Shown here piece after piece: positions 55,443 to 64,000 of a stretch of DNA of 64,000 nt. This DNA comes from an uncultured bacterium (GTDB lineage: Bacteria; Verrucomicrobiota; Verrucomicrobiia; Verrucomicrobiales; DEV007), in contig CAXBMO010000009.1 in NCBI GenBank assembly GCA_963977015.1, positions 128,001 to 192,000 of the forward strand, in the 5' to 3' direction. Position 1 is the first letter of the stretch; each line of letters opens with the position of its first letter. The notes below the pieces were generated by a model. That model was not told the DNA's origin. It was given only the letters and a program-made list of their open reading frames with translations, and ran no database searches. Both the position numbers and the translations under genes were made by a program.

Positions 55443-57859
55443 TTGGGACGCATCAAGATTTTACCACTGCTTTGAAGCCGCGTCGCCATCCATCCGACCA
55501 ATTCGGCGTAAACCCAATGCTTCCCATCGACATACCGTTCACTCAGTTGCTTGACGTAGACGTAGTTGTTCACCTCAGCAATTTTGTCACTTCCCGTGTC
55601 CGTGCCTGCGCGCATGGAAAGCACCCCATCGCTTGACTGGACACTCCAGGTTCCGTTGCCGGTCGACTTCATGTAGGTGGTTTGGGTCCCCTCGGCCACC
55701 ATCCACCCTCTCACTCGAACTTCGACCCACCGATTGTTTGCGGTTCGCCCGGTTGCGACCAGAGGAACCGAAAACTGTCGAAACGCGGCGCCCAGACTGG
55801 CCGCATCGCTGTCAGCGGCCGCCCTGACCGTGACACCTTCTTTTCCCGCATAGACCACCTCATAATTGGACACGGCTGGACTTTGCTGAACCGGCGTTGG
55901 ATTCTCCGGGAAGGAAATTTCCGCGTCTTCAATGCGGGCGGAAAGGATAAACCCGGCATCATCAGTTCGGCTCGACTTGATCTCAAAGTAATTGGTTCCG
56001 GTAATGATTTTGCGAGTTGCCCCATCAGAAACGTAGTAGCGGGCCTTCAAGGAAACGGAATATCGCTCGCTCCGAATCTCGCTCACATGGGGCTCACTCA
56101 GAATTTCATGCGTCCTTTGAGTCCACCTCGAATTGTACGCGTTCAGCTTCTCGGCAATTTCATCTCGACCGAGATAACCGTAGTCAAAATAGCGCGCCCG
56201 GTTCGCAAAAAAGCGAAGCTGGTCCTGACCCGAATCACTGTCGCCGGCGCTCAAATAGGCGAGCGCATAGTTTTTGACCGCTTCGCTGTGATCTTCTTTG
56301 ACGGGTTCGGTTTTCGGCTCATCCGGAGGCGGAGTTACGGGTTTGGCGACCGACGCCAATTCGTTGGCTACGTCCATTCGAATTTTTCGAACCCGGTCGC
56401 TCAGTTTGGTCACGGACTTGGAGTGCTTCCTCATTTCGTCCGCCAATTGATTTGCTTCGGCATGAACTTCAGCCGAGGCGCCCTGGCGTTTGGAGATCGA
56501 CAACAATTCGTCCATTCGGTCCATGTTGGCTGACGCTTGATTCGTCATTCTTTCCACTTCATCAACATTGCTTCTGGCCTGGCTACGAAGTGCCGTCAGC
56601 CTGCCCCCCGAAGCGGTGCTGGTTTCCTTGTTAATGGCAATCCAATAGCCGTCTGCCCGATCCCTTTCGCTGCGAATCGTGGCAAAGGTGGTCGAAACCG
56701 ATTGTCGTAGATCCCTCATCGCCGTTGGCGAAGTGCTTCCCGGAACGAAGCCGGCGACGGGATCAACCTTTGGCGGGGGATCGGCAGCATAGGTGATGCG
56801 AGCGGTTGTGCTCTGCACGTCTCCGGGAGGATGGAAACGTTCCCAGGCCAACCATCCTCCTACTCCCAGAATGGCAATGGAGGCAAAAACGACCGCAAAC
56901 AGAAGACCACTTCTCCGATTCGGTTGACGTCCGGTGGCCAATCGTTCTGTTCGCTTTTTGAGTGCGGTTCGTCGTTTCCGGGCATTCTCGAAACATTCCC
57001 GCCATTCCCCCACAGTTTGAGGGCGATGGGTTTCTTCGAAAGATAGGGCGACATCGACGCCGTCAACGAAACCGCTCGAAAAATCCCCCAGGTCCAAGTT
57101 CTGAAAGTTCAACGGATCGACCGCTTTTGTCCGGCCGGCAGCTTCCGGAGGAGCCTTGCCAACCATCGCCCGATACATGACCGCACCCAGCGAATAAATG
57201 TCCGTCCAGGGTCCCTGATTCCCGCTCTCATGATACTGCTCGAACGGGGCATAAGCAGGTGTCAGGACAGCGGTCATCGCCCGGGTCTTTCCGCCCACCG
57301 CCAGTCTCGCACTCCCAAAATCGATCAACACCGGACTGCCATCGCGCGTGATGATGATGTTCTCCGGCTTGATGTCGCGATGCAGATAGCCATTCTCATG
57401 CACAACTTCCAATCCTTCCATGAGCTTGCTGAGAATGGTCCAGAGTTCATCCTCCGAAGGAGTCCGGTCCAATTTTTCCAACCAGTCTCCCAAACTCTCA
57501 CCGTCGAGGAAGTCCGTTACCATGTAGCCGGTGCCATTCGCCTGGAAAATTTCATGAACGCAGACAATGGACTCGTGGTCGCAGGCGGCAAGGATGCGCC
57601 CCTCCTCCATAAATCGCTGTAGCGCCCATTGAAAGGTATCAACATCAGCCTGGGTTTTCGGCGCCACCCTCACTCCATCGCGGGTGGCAAAATCAGACGG
57701 GAGCAACTCTTTGATTGCCACCTTTCTTTTGAGCTCCAGATCCTTAGCCTCGTAGGTGATGCCAAACCCTCCAAAGCCCAGAATTCGGCCCAACTTGTAA
57801 TGACTCAATTGCGTTCCCTCAGCGAGGGCCAACCGATGCGATCTAGCGGTTTGACTCAT
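55439..57859 (-). CDS. Transmembrane Hanks-type Ser/Thr kinase with extracytoplasmic coiled-coil, NTF2-like and two SH3b-like domains
   Basis: GFGGFG, VAIKE, HRDIKPEN, DFG, APFEQ; TM GLLFAVVFASIAILGVGGW; C-terminal repeats VTVRAAADSD...WVEV...GWM and LSMRAGTDTG...WVYA...GWM. Confidence 0.9.
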   Translation of the reverse strand: MSQTARSHRLALAEGTQLSHYKLGRILGFGGFGITYEAKDLELKRKVAIKELLPSDFATRDGVRVAPKTQADVDTFQWALQRFMEEGRILAACDHESIVCVHEIFQANGTGYMVTDFLDGESLGDWLEKLDRTPSEDELWTILSKLMEGLEVVHENGYLHRDIKPENIIITRDGSPVLIDFGSARLAVGGKTRAMTAVLTPAYAPFEQYHESGNQGPWTDIYSLGAVMYRAMVGKAPPEAAGRTKAVDPLNFQNLDLGDFSSGFVDGVDVALSFEETHRPQTVGEWRECFENARKRRTALKKRTERLATGRQPNRRSGLLFAVVFASIAILGVGGWLAWERFHPPGDVQSTTARITYAADPPPKVDPVAGFVPGSTSPTAMRDLRQSVSTTFATIRSERDRADGYWIAINKETSTASGGRLTALRSQARSNVDEVERMTNQASANMDRMDELLSISKRQGASAEVHAEANQLADEMRKHSKSVTKLSDRVRKIRMDVANELASVAKPVTPPPDEPKTEPVKEDHSEAVKNYALAYLSAGDSDSGQDQLRFFANRARYFDYGYLGRDEIAEKLNAYNSRWTQRTHEILSEPHVSEIRSERYSVSLKARYYVSDGATRKIITGTNYFEIKSSRTDDAGFILSARIEDAEISFPENPTPVQQSPAVSNYEVVYAGKEGVTVRAAADSDAASLGAAFRQFSVPLVATGRTANNRWVEVRVRGWMVAEGTQTTYMKSTGNGTWSVQSSDGVLSMRAGTDTGSDKIAEVNNYVYVKQLSERYVDGKHWVYAELVGWMATRLQSSGKILMRPK

Positions 57860-58038
57860 GTTCTCCTGTACCTTTCTCCCCTTGACGCTCTCAATTTTTG
57901 GCCCTGAAAGTCAAGCACGAAGTCAGCCTCGCAACAGGGTCGCATTCTACGGGTCAAAAACCCAGAATTTGGTTTGACCAGGAGAACCCAACTAGGCTAG
58001 CAATAGGCCAATGATGATAAAAGGAGGGGCGAACATTC

Positions 58039-59499
58039 TTGGTTAATTCACCGCTAGCGACCAGACGCACGAACGTTGCGTTCAGAAGGTTGGGATTTCT
58101 TCTGCTTTTTATCGGGATGGTTGCTCTGGGGTGGGCACGGTTCGATTTCCGACAAATAAAGGATGGAGTGGTCCGAATTGTCGTGTTGAGTGAGGAAGCG
58201 GAAACGACGGGCAAGGGAATGATTTCGCTAGGTTCCGGATTCGTCATTTCCTCCCAAGGTCATATCGTTACAAATCAGCATATGATCGATAAACCGGGTA
58301 GGATTCTTGCGGTTCAACTTCGGGACAACAAAGTCAAAGTCTGGAGAGTCGGCGCCGTGGTGTATGAAAGCCGGGAAAAGGACTTGGCAGTCCTGCTGGT
58401 CCCCGAGCTCGGGGGCCTTCCAATCCGCCTTGCCAAGAACGATCCTTACCCTGGCGACGAAGTGATTACGATCGGATTCCCTGGCATGGCCGATGCCCAA
58501 CAGGAAAAGGATTTTTTCGTCAATGCGTTGCTGGAATCCGGGTTCCGCGACTTGCCACTGAAAGACGGTTACGTGAATTTCGTCCGGCCCTCCGTGATCC
58601 GCGGAAATGTGGAGGATGTCAGGATTCAATCAAATTGGGGACGCGACAACAATGCCCGGTGCACGATCATTCGGCATAACGCACCCACAGCCAGTGGAAA
58701 TAGCGGAGGCGCTCTGGTCAACGATTCCAACGAAATTGTCGGAGTGCATACCGCCAGCGATGCCGAGGCACGTGATGACAAAACCAAGGCCTCACAGGGC
58801 AAAAAAGTCGGCCTGGGCCTCGCCGTCAGCGAACTGATCGAAGTCCTGGAATCCGTAGGCATTCCCTACAACGAAATTCCTGCCAAGACGACCGGTGAAG
58901 TCGAACCAGGAAATTCCCGCTCGGAAACCTCCACAGCTGAAGAGGCGGCTCCCACTTGGGCCAAAGCATTGCCCTTTGTAATGATCGGTTTGGCCGTGGT
59001 ATTGGTTATTCCCGCGCTCAAGTTGCTGTTGGGAGATCGGACCTCAACAAAGACCGCACGCAGAAAGCCTCATCAACGAATCGCGGGCGAGTTCCCTTCT
59101 GCCCCGGCTTCAGAGAAGGGAGCCACGGTCGGAAACCAGAGGTCCAACCACCAATCCAACGGAAGATTACTCGGCTCGTTATCGGGCACGGACGAGCAAG
59201 GAAAACGCTACTTTTTTCAACTTTCTGCTTCCGATTTTCAGGGAAGGGGCGATAGCTTGAAAGTCGGCAGGACAGGCAATCACGTCGAGATAGCTATCCC
59301 ACATCCCAGCATTTCTCGAGTGCATGCATCCCTCCGTTATTCCCCTGACAATAATGAAATTGCACTACGTGATGAAAACTCTGCAAATGGTTGCAGAATC
59401 AACGGCAAAAAGTTGACGGCTAAGGACGGTTTTCAGCCAATCGGAGGCGGTGATTGTCTCCAGTTGGGAACTGTGAAACTGGTTTACCAGCCCGAATAA
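58039..59499 (+). CDS. Trypsin-like serine protease, TM, FHA domain fusion (exact start uncertain)
   Basis: GSGFVI, TNQH, DLAVL, GNSGG triad; TM ALPFVMIGLAVVLVI; FHA motifs VGR, SRVHA, NSANG..ING. Confidence 0.88.
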   Translation: MVNSPLATRRTNVAFRRLGFLLLFIGMVALGWARFDFRQIKDGVVRIVVLSEEAETTGKGMISLGSGFVISSQGHIVTNQHMIDKPGRILAVQLRDNKVKVWRVGAVVYESREKDLAVLLVPELGGLPIRLAKNDPYPGDEVITIGFPGMADAQQEKDFFVNALLESGFRDLPLKDGYVNFVRPSVIRGNVEDVRIQSNWGRDNNARCTIIRHNAPTASGNSGGALVNDSNEIVGVHTASDAEARDDKTKASQGKKVGLGLAVSELIEVLESVGIPYNEIPAKTTGEVEPGNSRSETSTAEEAAPTWAKALPFVMIGLAVVLVIPALKLLLGDRTSTKTARRKPHQRIAGEFPSAPASEKGATVGNQRSNHQSNGRLLGSLSGTDEQGKRYFFQLSASDFQGRGDSLKVGRTGNHVEIAIPHPSISRVHASLRYSPDNNEIALRDENSANGCRINGKKLTAKDGFQPIGGGDCLQLGTVKLVYQPE

Positions 59500-59518
59500 C
59501 GACTCAAGTTTTCAATAA

Positions 59519-61315
59519 ATGGCATTAGAAAACCGACAGGCACTTATTCCAGGCACCATCTTGGGCGAAAAATACGAAATTCTTTCGTTACTCGGAAGCG
59601 GGGGATTCGGAATCACCTATCTCGCCATCGACAATACGCTCAATCGCAAAGTCGCGATCAAGGAGTTGATGCCAGGCGAGTTTGCGATGCGGGATTGGGA
59701 CTCCGAGGAGATCGTCGCAAAAACGCTGTCAGAGGAAACCTCACTCCAGTGGGCCAAGGATCGCTTCATTGAGGAAGCACGGGTACTCGCCCAATTTGAT
59801 CATCCTAACATCATTCATATCCACGACTATTTCATCTCGAGAAACACCGCCTACATGGTGACTTCTTATGAAGAGGGAGCTGATCTCAATACGTTTTTAA
59901 AGGAGAAAGGGCTCTTTCATCAGGAAGACATCAACACTTACATTCTCCCGATCCTCAATGGACTGCAGCTGGTCCACGAAAGCGGATTTCTGCACCGCGA
60001 CATCAAGCCCGACAATATCTACATCAATCACAAGGGCATCCCCATTCTTCTCGACTTTGGAGCGGCCCGCCAAGCCATTGGCAACAAAACCCGGGACATG
60101 ACGGCGATCGTCACGCCCCGATTCGCGCCGTTGGAGCAATACTCCAGCGATGGGAATATGGGGCCGTGGTCAGATATCTATTCCCTCGCCGCCGTCATCC
60201 ACAAAGTCATCACTGGCGATGCCCCACCTGACGCGACGACCCGGATTCGGTCCGATACCTACGAACCGTTGGCGGAAAAGCGCATCAAGGGCTTTGATCA
60301 CGCGTTCTTGACCTGTGTTGACTGGGCCTTGGAACAGTCCGAGGAACGGCGACCGCAAACCATTGCTCAATGGGTCGACCACTTCACGGTTTCGGGAGGC
60401 GCTCCACCAATCCCCACCGATCACTTTTCAGAAACCGTGGTGGCCGGAGGCAGTCGCGCCCCGTCGAGGCCTGTGAGAAGATCCACAGAAGAAACGGTCT
60501 TGACTCAACCTCGCCCCTCTTCAGCGGTTTCCGAACCCAGGAAATCACGCACAGGTCTCATCGCCGCCTTGTTTCTGGGATCAGCACTGTTTCTCGGCTT
60601 GGGAGGATTTGTGGCGCTGCGCCAATATTCCCCCGATCTCATCGCGTTCTTCGATAGCAGCGAATCCGACAATGATTCATCCGGTCCCATTGACGACGGT
60701 ACAGGCGGAAATGACACTGGGGCTCCACCACCCAACCCAATTCCCGAGGACGACAGCAAGCCCGACGTTTCCGAGGAAGAACCGGACAAGCAAACCGAAT
60801 CCCCGATCATCCTCCCACCGACTCCTCCAAAACCGCCGGACGAGACCAAGCCTCCGGTAGAATCAGTTTCACTCGATGAGTTGGTCGACTACGTGACCGC
60901 TGTGGACCGCCGACTGTGGGATGCCTGGTATGCGGACCGAATCATTCGAGCGTCGATCCAACCGCAGATGAACCTTCGTGATCCGGATATGAGCGAAGCG
61001 GAATTTCGGGCCAACCAGACCAAACTCCAGGAAGCCTTCACCGCCCGAAACAATCAGGTCATCCAGTACTGCGAGGACGTTCGCCTCGACGTCGCGAAGC
61101 TGATGAAATACGAAGAGTCGCAAGTGGATCAGGCCTTTGCCGCCAGACTCAGCCAAATCCAGCAAACCGGAGTTGAGCGCAAGGTTAATACGGAAGTTCA
61201 ACAGAAACTTCTTGGAATCGCAAAGTCCATTTATAAGGATGAAAAGGCGGGTTTGATCGTGAACGCAAACGCCATCAGGGAACGAATCAAAGGCCTTTCT
61301 GCATTGCAGAAATAA
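59519..61315 (+). CDS. Transmembrane Hanks-type Ser/Thr kinase with a Pro-rich stalk and helical extracytoplasmic domain
   Basis: GSGGFG, VAIKE, HRDIKPDN, DFG, APLEQ; TM LIAALFLGSALFLGLGGFV. Confidence 0.92.
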   Translation: MALENRQALIPGTILGEKYEILSLLGSGGFGITYLAIDNTLNRKVAIKELMPGEFAMRDWDSEEIVAKTLSEETSLQWAKDRFIEEARVLAQFDHPNIIHIHDYFISRNTAYMVTSYEEGADLNTFLKEKGLFHQEDINTYILPILNGLQLVHESGFLHRDIKPDNIYINHKGIPILLDFGAARQAIGNKTRDMTAIVTPRFAPLEQYSSDGNMGPWSDIYSLAAVIHKVITGDAPPDATTRIRSDTYEPLAEKRIKGFDHAFLTCVDWALEQSEERRPQTIAQWVDHFTVSGGAPPIPTDHFSETVVAGGSRAPSRPVRRSTEETVLTQPRPSSAVSEPRKSRTGLIAALFLGSALFLGLGGFVALRQYSPDLIAFFDSSESDNDSSGPIDDGTGGNDTGAPPPNPIPEDDSKPDVSEEEPDKQTESPIILPPTPPKPPDETKPPVESVSLDELVDYVTAVDRRLWDAWYADRIIRASIQPQMNLRDPDMSEAEFRANQTKLQEAFTARNNQVIQYCEDVRLDVAKLMKYEESQVDQAFAARLSQIQQTGVERKVNTEVQQKLLGIAKSIYKDEKAGLIVNANAIRERIKGLSALQK

Positions 61316-61370
61316 TGGACGACTTTTCTCAACAACTCTCCAACCAACAAAACACACACACAAAAACACA

Positions 61371-62006
61371 ATGAAAATACGAATTGTAGCCCTGGCTCTG
61401 ATTCCCGCACTGTTCCTATCCAGTTGCCAAACGACGAACATCGCAGAGACCCCGGATGAACTGAAAACGATGCGCCAAGCCAAAATCACATGGGCTGGAG
61501 CCGGAGCGATTTCAGGAGCAGCCGTGGGTGCAGGCATCGCGGCATTGAGTGGCGGAAGCTCGACGGCGATTCGTAATGCCGCAATTGGGGGCGGTATTGC
61601 AGGACTGGTGGCAGGACATCAAGTTGGAACACAGAAAGGCACGCAAACGGTAGAGAAAAAGCGGAGCTACACGGCAACCGAAGATTACCTGGCTGGCCAA
61701 ATCAGCAATGCGCAGAAGTTCAACTCCGCCTTGGTTTCCTATAACAGCAAGTTGAGGGGCCAAATCGCCTCTGCTAAGTCAAGTCCCGACGGTGCTGCGA
61801 TTCGCGGTCAGATCAAAACCGCAAACGCCGTGCTGAAAGAGGTTGACTCGGAAATGACCACACGGACCAAGCTTTTGGAAAATGCGGAAAGTGGTCCATC
61901 CAAAAACACGCTTACCCAGAAGAAGAACAGCCTGGCTCAACAAAAGAAGCAGCTGGAAAACAGCATTGCTGAGCTCGAGGAATTGGAGAAAATCTCCAAG
62001 GTATAA
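61371..62006 (+). CDS. Glycine-zipper/coiled-coil lipoprotein (TagQ-like architecture)
   Basis: Lipobox LSSC; GAGAISGAAVGAGIAA...AAIGGGIAGLVAG; heptad-rich C-terminus. Confidence 0.8.
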   Translation: MKIRIVALALIPALFLSSCQTTNIAETPDELKTMRQAKITWAGAGAISGAAVGAGIAALSGGSSTAIRNAAIGGGIAGLVAGHQVGTQKGTQTVEKKRSYTATEDYLAGQISNAQKFNSALVSYNSKLRGQIASAKSSPDGAAIRGQIKTANAVLKEVDSEMTTRTKLLENAESGPSKNTLTQKKNSLAQQKKQLENSIAELEELEKISKV

Positions 62007-62039
62007 CCTTCGAGGAGTAGGACGACAACGAACCACCCT

Positions 62040-62426
62040 ATGAATTGGATTTATCATACTCTAAGAGTTACAGGCATCGCTGGTGTGTTGATCTTCGGCA
62101 CCGCATGTGAGACAACCGGCGATCCAAGAGCAGGCGGCTACTGGAACTGGAGCGAGACCAAGGCAATTCAACGCCAGGACGATCTCCGCGGCACCCTTGG
62201 TTCGCTCAACAGGGAGAACAGCCGTTTGCAAAGTGAACAGGCCAGCCTCAAAGCCCAATTGCGGAGCAAACAGTCGCAATTGAGTTCCTTGCAGCAGCAG
62301 AAAAAACGCGCTCAGCAGGAGTCAAAACCGGATCTCGTGGCCGCAACCACCAAAGAAATCAACCAACTCCAAGGTGATATCTCCTCGTTGGAAGCGGATC
62401 TTCGCCGGATTGAAAGCCGCATGTAG
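62040..62426 (+). CDS. Small coiled-coil lipoprotein
   Basis: Lipobox GTAC, then ETTGDPRAGGYWNWSE and heptad repeats. Confidence 0.78.
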   Translation: MNWIYHTLRVTGIAGVLIFGTACETTGDPRAGGYWNWSETKAIQRQDDLRGTLGSLNRENSRLQSEQASLKAQLRSKQSQLSSLQQQKKRAQQESKPDLVAATTKEINQLQGDISSLEADLRRIESRM

Positions 62427-62453
62427 TCATGGAGTAGCGATCACGAATATCTT

Positions 62454-62493
62454 CCCCGCCTTCTCTCGCCACGCCAGAGAAGGCGGGGTTCTT
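62454..62493 (+). terminator. Strong intra-operon hairpin (terminator or mRNA stabiliser)
   Basis: Perfect 13-bp stem ccccgccttctct / agagaaggcgggg with a 9-nt loop, followed by ttctt. Confidence 0.65.
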
Positions 62494-62569
62494 GGTGGCA
62501 GGCTTGGGAAATAACATGATAACTTTTCACAAAACACCGTGGAGGCGAACGCTACTACCGGGCTGATTG

Positions 62570-63850
62570 ATGAGTTGGTTAGGCACAGATTATAGTCACA
62601 TTGGCACAAGGGACGAACAACAGGACGCCCTCGTTGTTCTCAGCAATGAAACCAAGGACCAAGTCTTTGCCGTGCTGGCCGATGGCGCAGGCGGTCACAG
62701 TGGGGGGAGATTGGCATCGGAAGCGATCGTCGCCGTCGCGACCAAACGGTGGGAAACCGCCGCTGGAGAAATACCCGACCCCGAAACGTTTTTACTCGAC
62801 TTTTTTGCCCACGCCCAAGCCCGAATTACGGCGACCGGAAAAAAGGCAGGCATCGAACCGCGGGCAACCGTCGTGGCAGTCTATGCCAACGGGAAAAGAG
62901 CAGTTTGGGGGCACTCGGGAGATTCTCGACTCTACCTGTTTCGGAAAGGTCAATTGGTCAAGCGAACCAAAGATCATTCCGTGGTGCAGATCCTCGTCGA
63001 TCAGGGAAAGGTTCGTGAAGAGGAAATGGGAACTCACCCCGACCAAGGTCGACTGCTTCAGTCGCTGGGAGGTTCCGACTATCAAGTACCAGATATTGGG
63101 AGCGCAAATATTCAGGGTGATGAAGTGATTGTTCTCTGTTCTGACGGCTTCTGGGAACACCTGCCAAAAGAAGCCATTGCCCAACTCTCCGTTCCCGGAA
63201 AATTAAAGCCTCCCAAACTGATTAAGAAGCTCGCTCACGCGGCCGTCAGTCGAGCCGGCCAGAAAGCCGACAATACAAGTGCGCTGGCGATCTACAACAT
63301 TGCCGCCAATCGGCCGGCCTTTTTCATGGGAGGAATCCATTGGGCTGCAGTTGCCTTGTTCTGCCTGTTGGCGGGAATGGTGACCTATCTTGTAATGTAT
63401 CTGATCAAGCCTGACAGCTCTCCAGGCAACCAACCTCCCGATGCTCCAGTCCAAAACGTTGCATCCCAAGTGGTTTCCGGCGGCCCCAAAACTTCTCCAG
63501 CTGATCAAGCCCCCATTCCGAACGAAAGCGAAGATATCCGCGAGGCTGGTGAAAATCCCCTTCCAAAGGCACTGGATCCAACAACAGGAAAGCCAAAAGT
63601 AAGGATTATCCCCAATATTATCCAGCCGGCTCCAGATGCCCCCACAGCTATCGTGGAGCCTGCCTCCCCAGTTGAAGAGGTGCCTGTCGAACCCACGCCC
63701 CCGCCCACCTCTCCTACAGATCAGCCAACGACGCCAGAGAACACCGGCGAGGTTCCTCCCATGTCGCCGGACTCACCACCGGCAGACGAGGAAAAGGGCA
63801 TTATTCGCAAAGGATTCGAAAAGTTAAATCCGATTAAGAGAGACAAATGA
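62570..63850 (+). CDS. PP2C/PPM-family Ser/Thr phosphatase with a TM and Pro-rich tail
   Basis: GTRDEQQD, LADGAGGH, GDSR, CSDG, DNTS; TM WAAVALFCLLAGMVTYLV. Confidence 0.92.
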   Translation: MSWLGTDYSHIGTRDEQQDALVVLSNETKDQVFAVLADGAGGHSGGRLASEAIVAVATKRWETAAGEIPDPETFLLDFFAHAQARITATGKKAGIEPRATVVAVYANGKRAVWGHSGDSRLYLFRKGQLVKRTKDHSVVQILVDQGKVREEEMGTHPDQGRLLQSLGGSDYQVPDIGSANIQGDEVIVLCSDGFWEHLPKEAIAQLSVPGKLKPPKLIKKLAHAAVSRAGQKADNTSALAIYNIAANRPAFFMGGIHWAAVALFCLLAGMVTYLVMYLIKPDSSPGNQPPDAPVQNVASQVVSGGPKTSPADQAPIPNESEDIREAGENPLPKALDPTTGKPKVRIIPNIIQPAPDAPTAIVEPASPVEEVPVEPTPPPTSPTDQPTTPENTGEVPPMSPDSPPADEEKGIIRKGFEKLNPIKRDK

Positions 63851-64000
63851 AGCGCCTTCACCTACTCATCGCCCTGCTACTGGCCGCTCTTCAATCCAGT
63901 TCACTGGGATGGGATGCGAAAACTGCCGAAGACGTCGTGGTGCGAGTCGCGATTTTCACGAGTAGCGGAAAATATTCCGGTCACGGATCAGGCTTCGTCG
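63847..64000 (+). CDS. Probable secreted trypsin-like serine protease, N-terminus only (runs off the right edge)
   Basis: Not in the ORF track. ATG overlaps the PP2C stop. MKRLHLLIALLLAALQSSSLGWDAKTAEDVVVRVAIFTSSGKYSGHGSGFV has a signal peptide plus VVRV...GSGFV, as in 58039-59499. Confidence 0.7.
   Translation, partial: MKRLHLLIALLLAALQSSSLGWDAKTAEDVVVRVAIFTSSGKYSGHGSGFV

Noticed and set aside
1-64000. CRISPR arrays, tRNA/rRNA genes, transposases, integrases, prophage genes
   Set aside because: I saw no regularly spaced repeats, tRNA cloverleafs or mobile-element motifs by eye; a dedicated scan would be needed to exclude degenerate ones.

Overview
Gene-dense bacterial chromosomal window. 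It is most likely from a member of the Verrucomicrobiota/PVC group, inferred from DUF1501, sulfatase, vWA/GATase-like, QW-repeat and TPR proteins, an alpha2-type GlyRS and a near absence of Shine-Dalgarno motifs. Housekeeping genes (glyS, hisG, galE, typA, pdxJ, acpS, moeB, degP-like, fur, argH) are mixed with many envelope and accessory genes. Features missing from the ORF track but visible in the DNA are a partial anti-sigma gene (1-193), a 34-aa bS22/AURKAIP1-like basic protein (7591-7695), a small SRP RNA with a non-GNRA UGAC tetraloop (50494-50591), several hairpins and the start of a second trypsin-like protease at the right edge. The best candidate for an undescribed system is the right-hand locus (54771-64000). 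It holds two transmembrane Ser/Thr kinases, a membrane PP2C phosphatase, a periplasmic trypsin protease with a cytoplasmic FHA domain, two coiled-coil lipoproteins, a second protease and a D-Ala-D-Ala dipeptidase coupled to an SH3b-bearing kinase. This resembles a PpkA/PppA/Fha/TagQ-type module, but no T6SS genes are in view. A second candidate is a four-gene tailoring cassette (sulfotransferase, desaturase, 2OG-Fe(II) oxygenase, methyltransferase; 14670-18926) with no core synthase. I saw no CRISPR array, tRNA, rRNA or transposase. All family calls come from motif recognition by eye; no searches were run.
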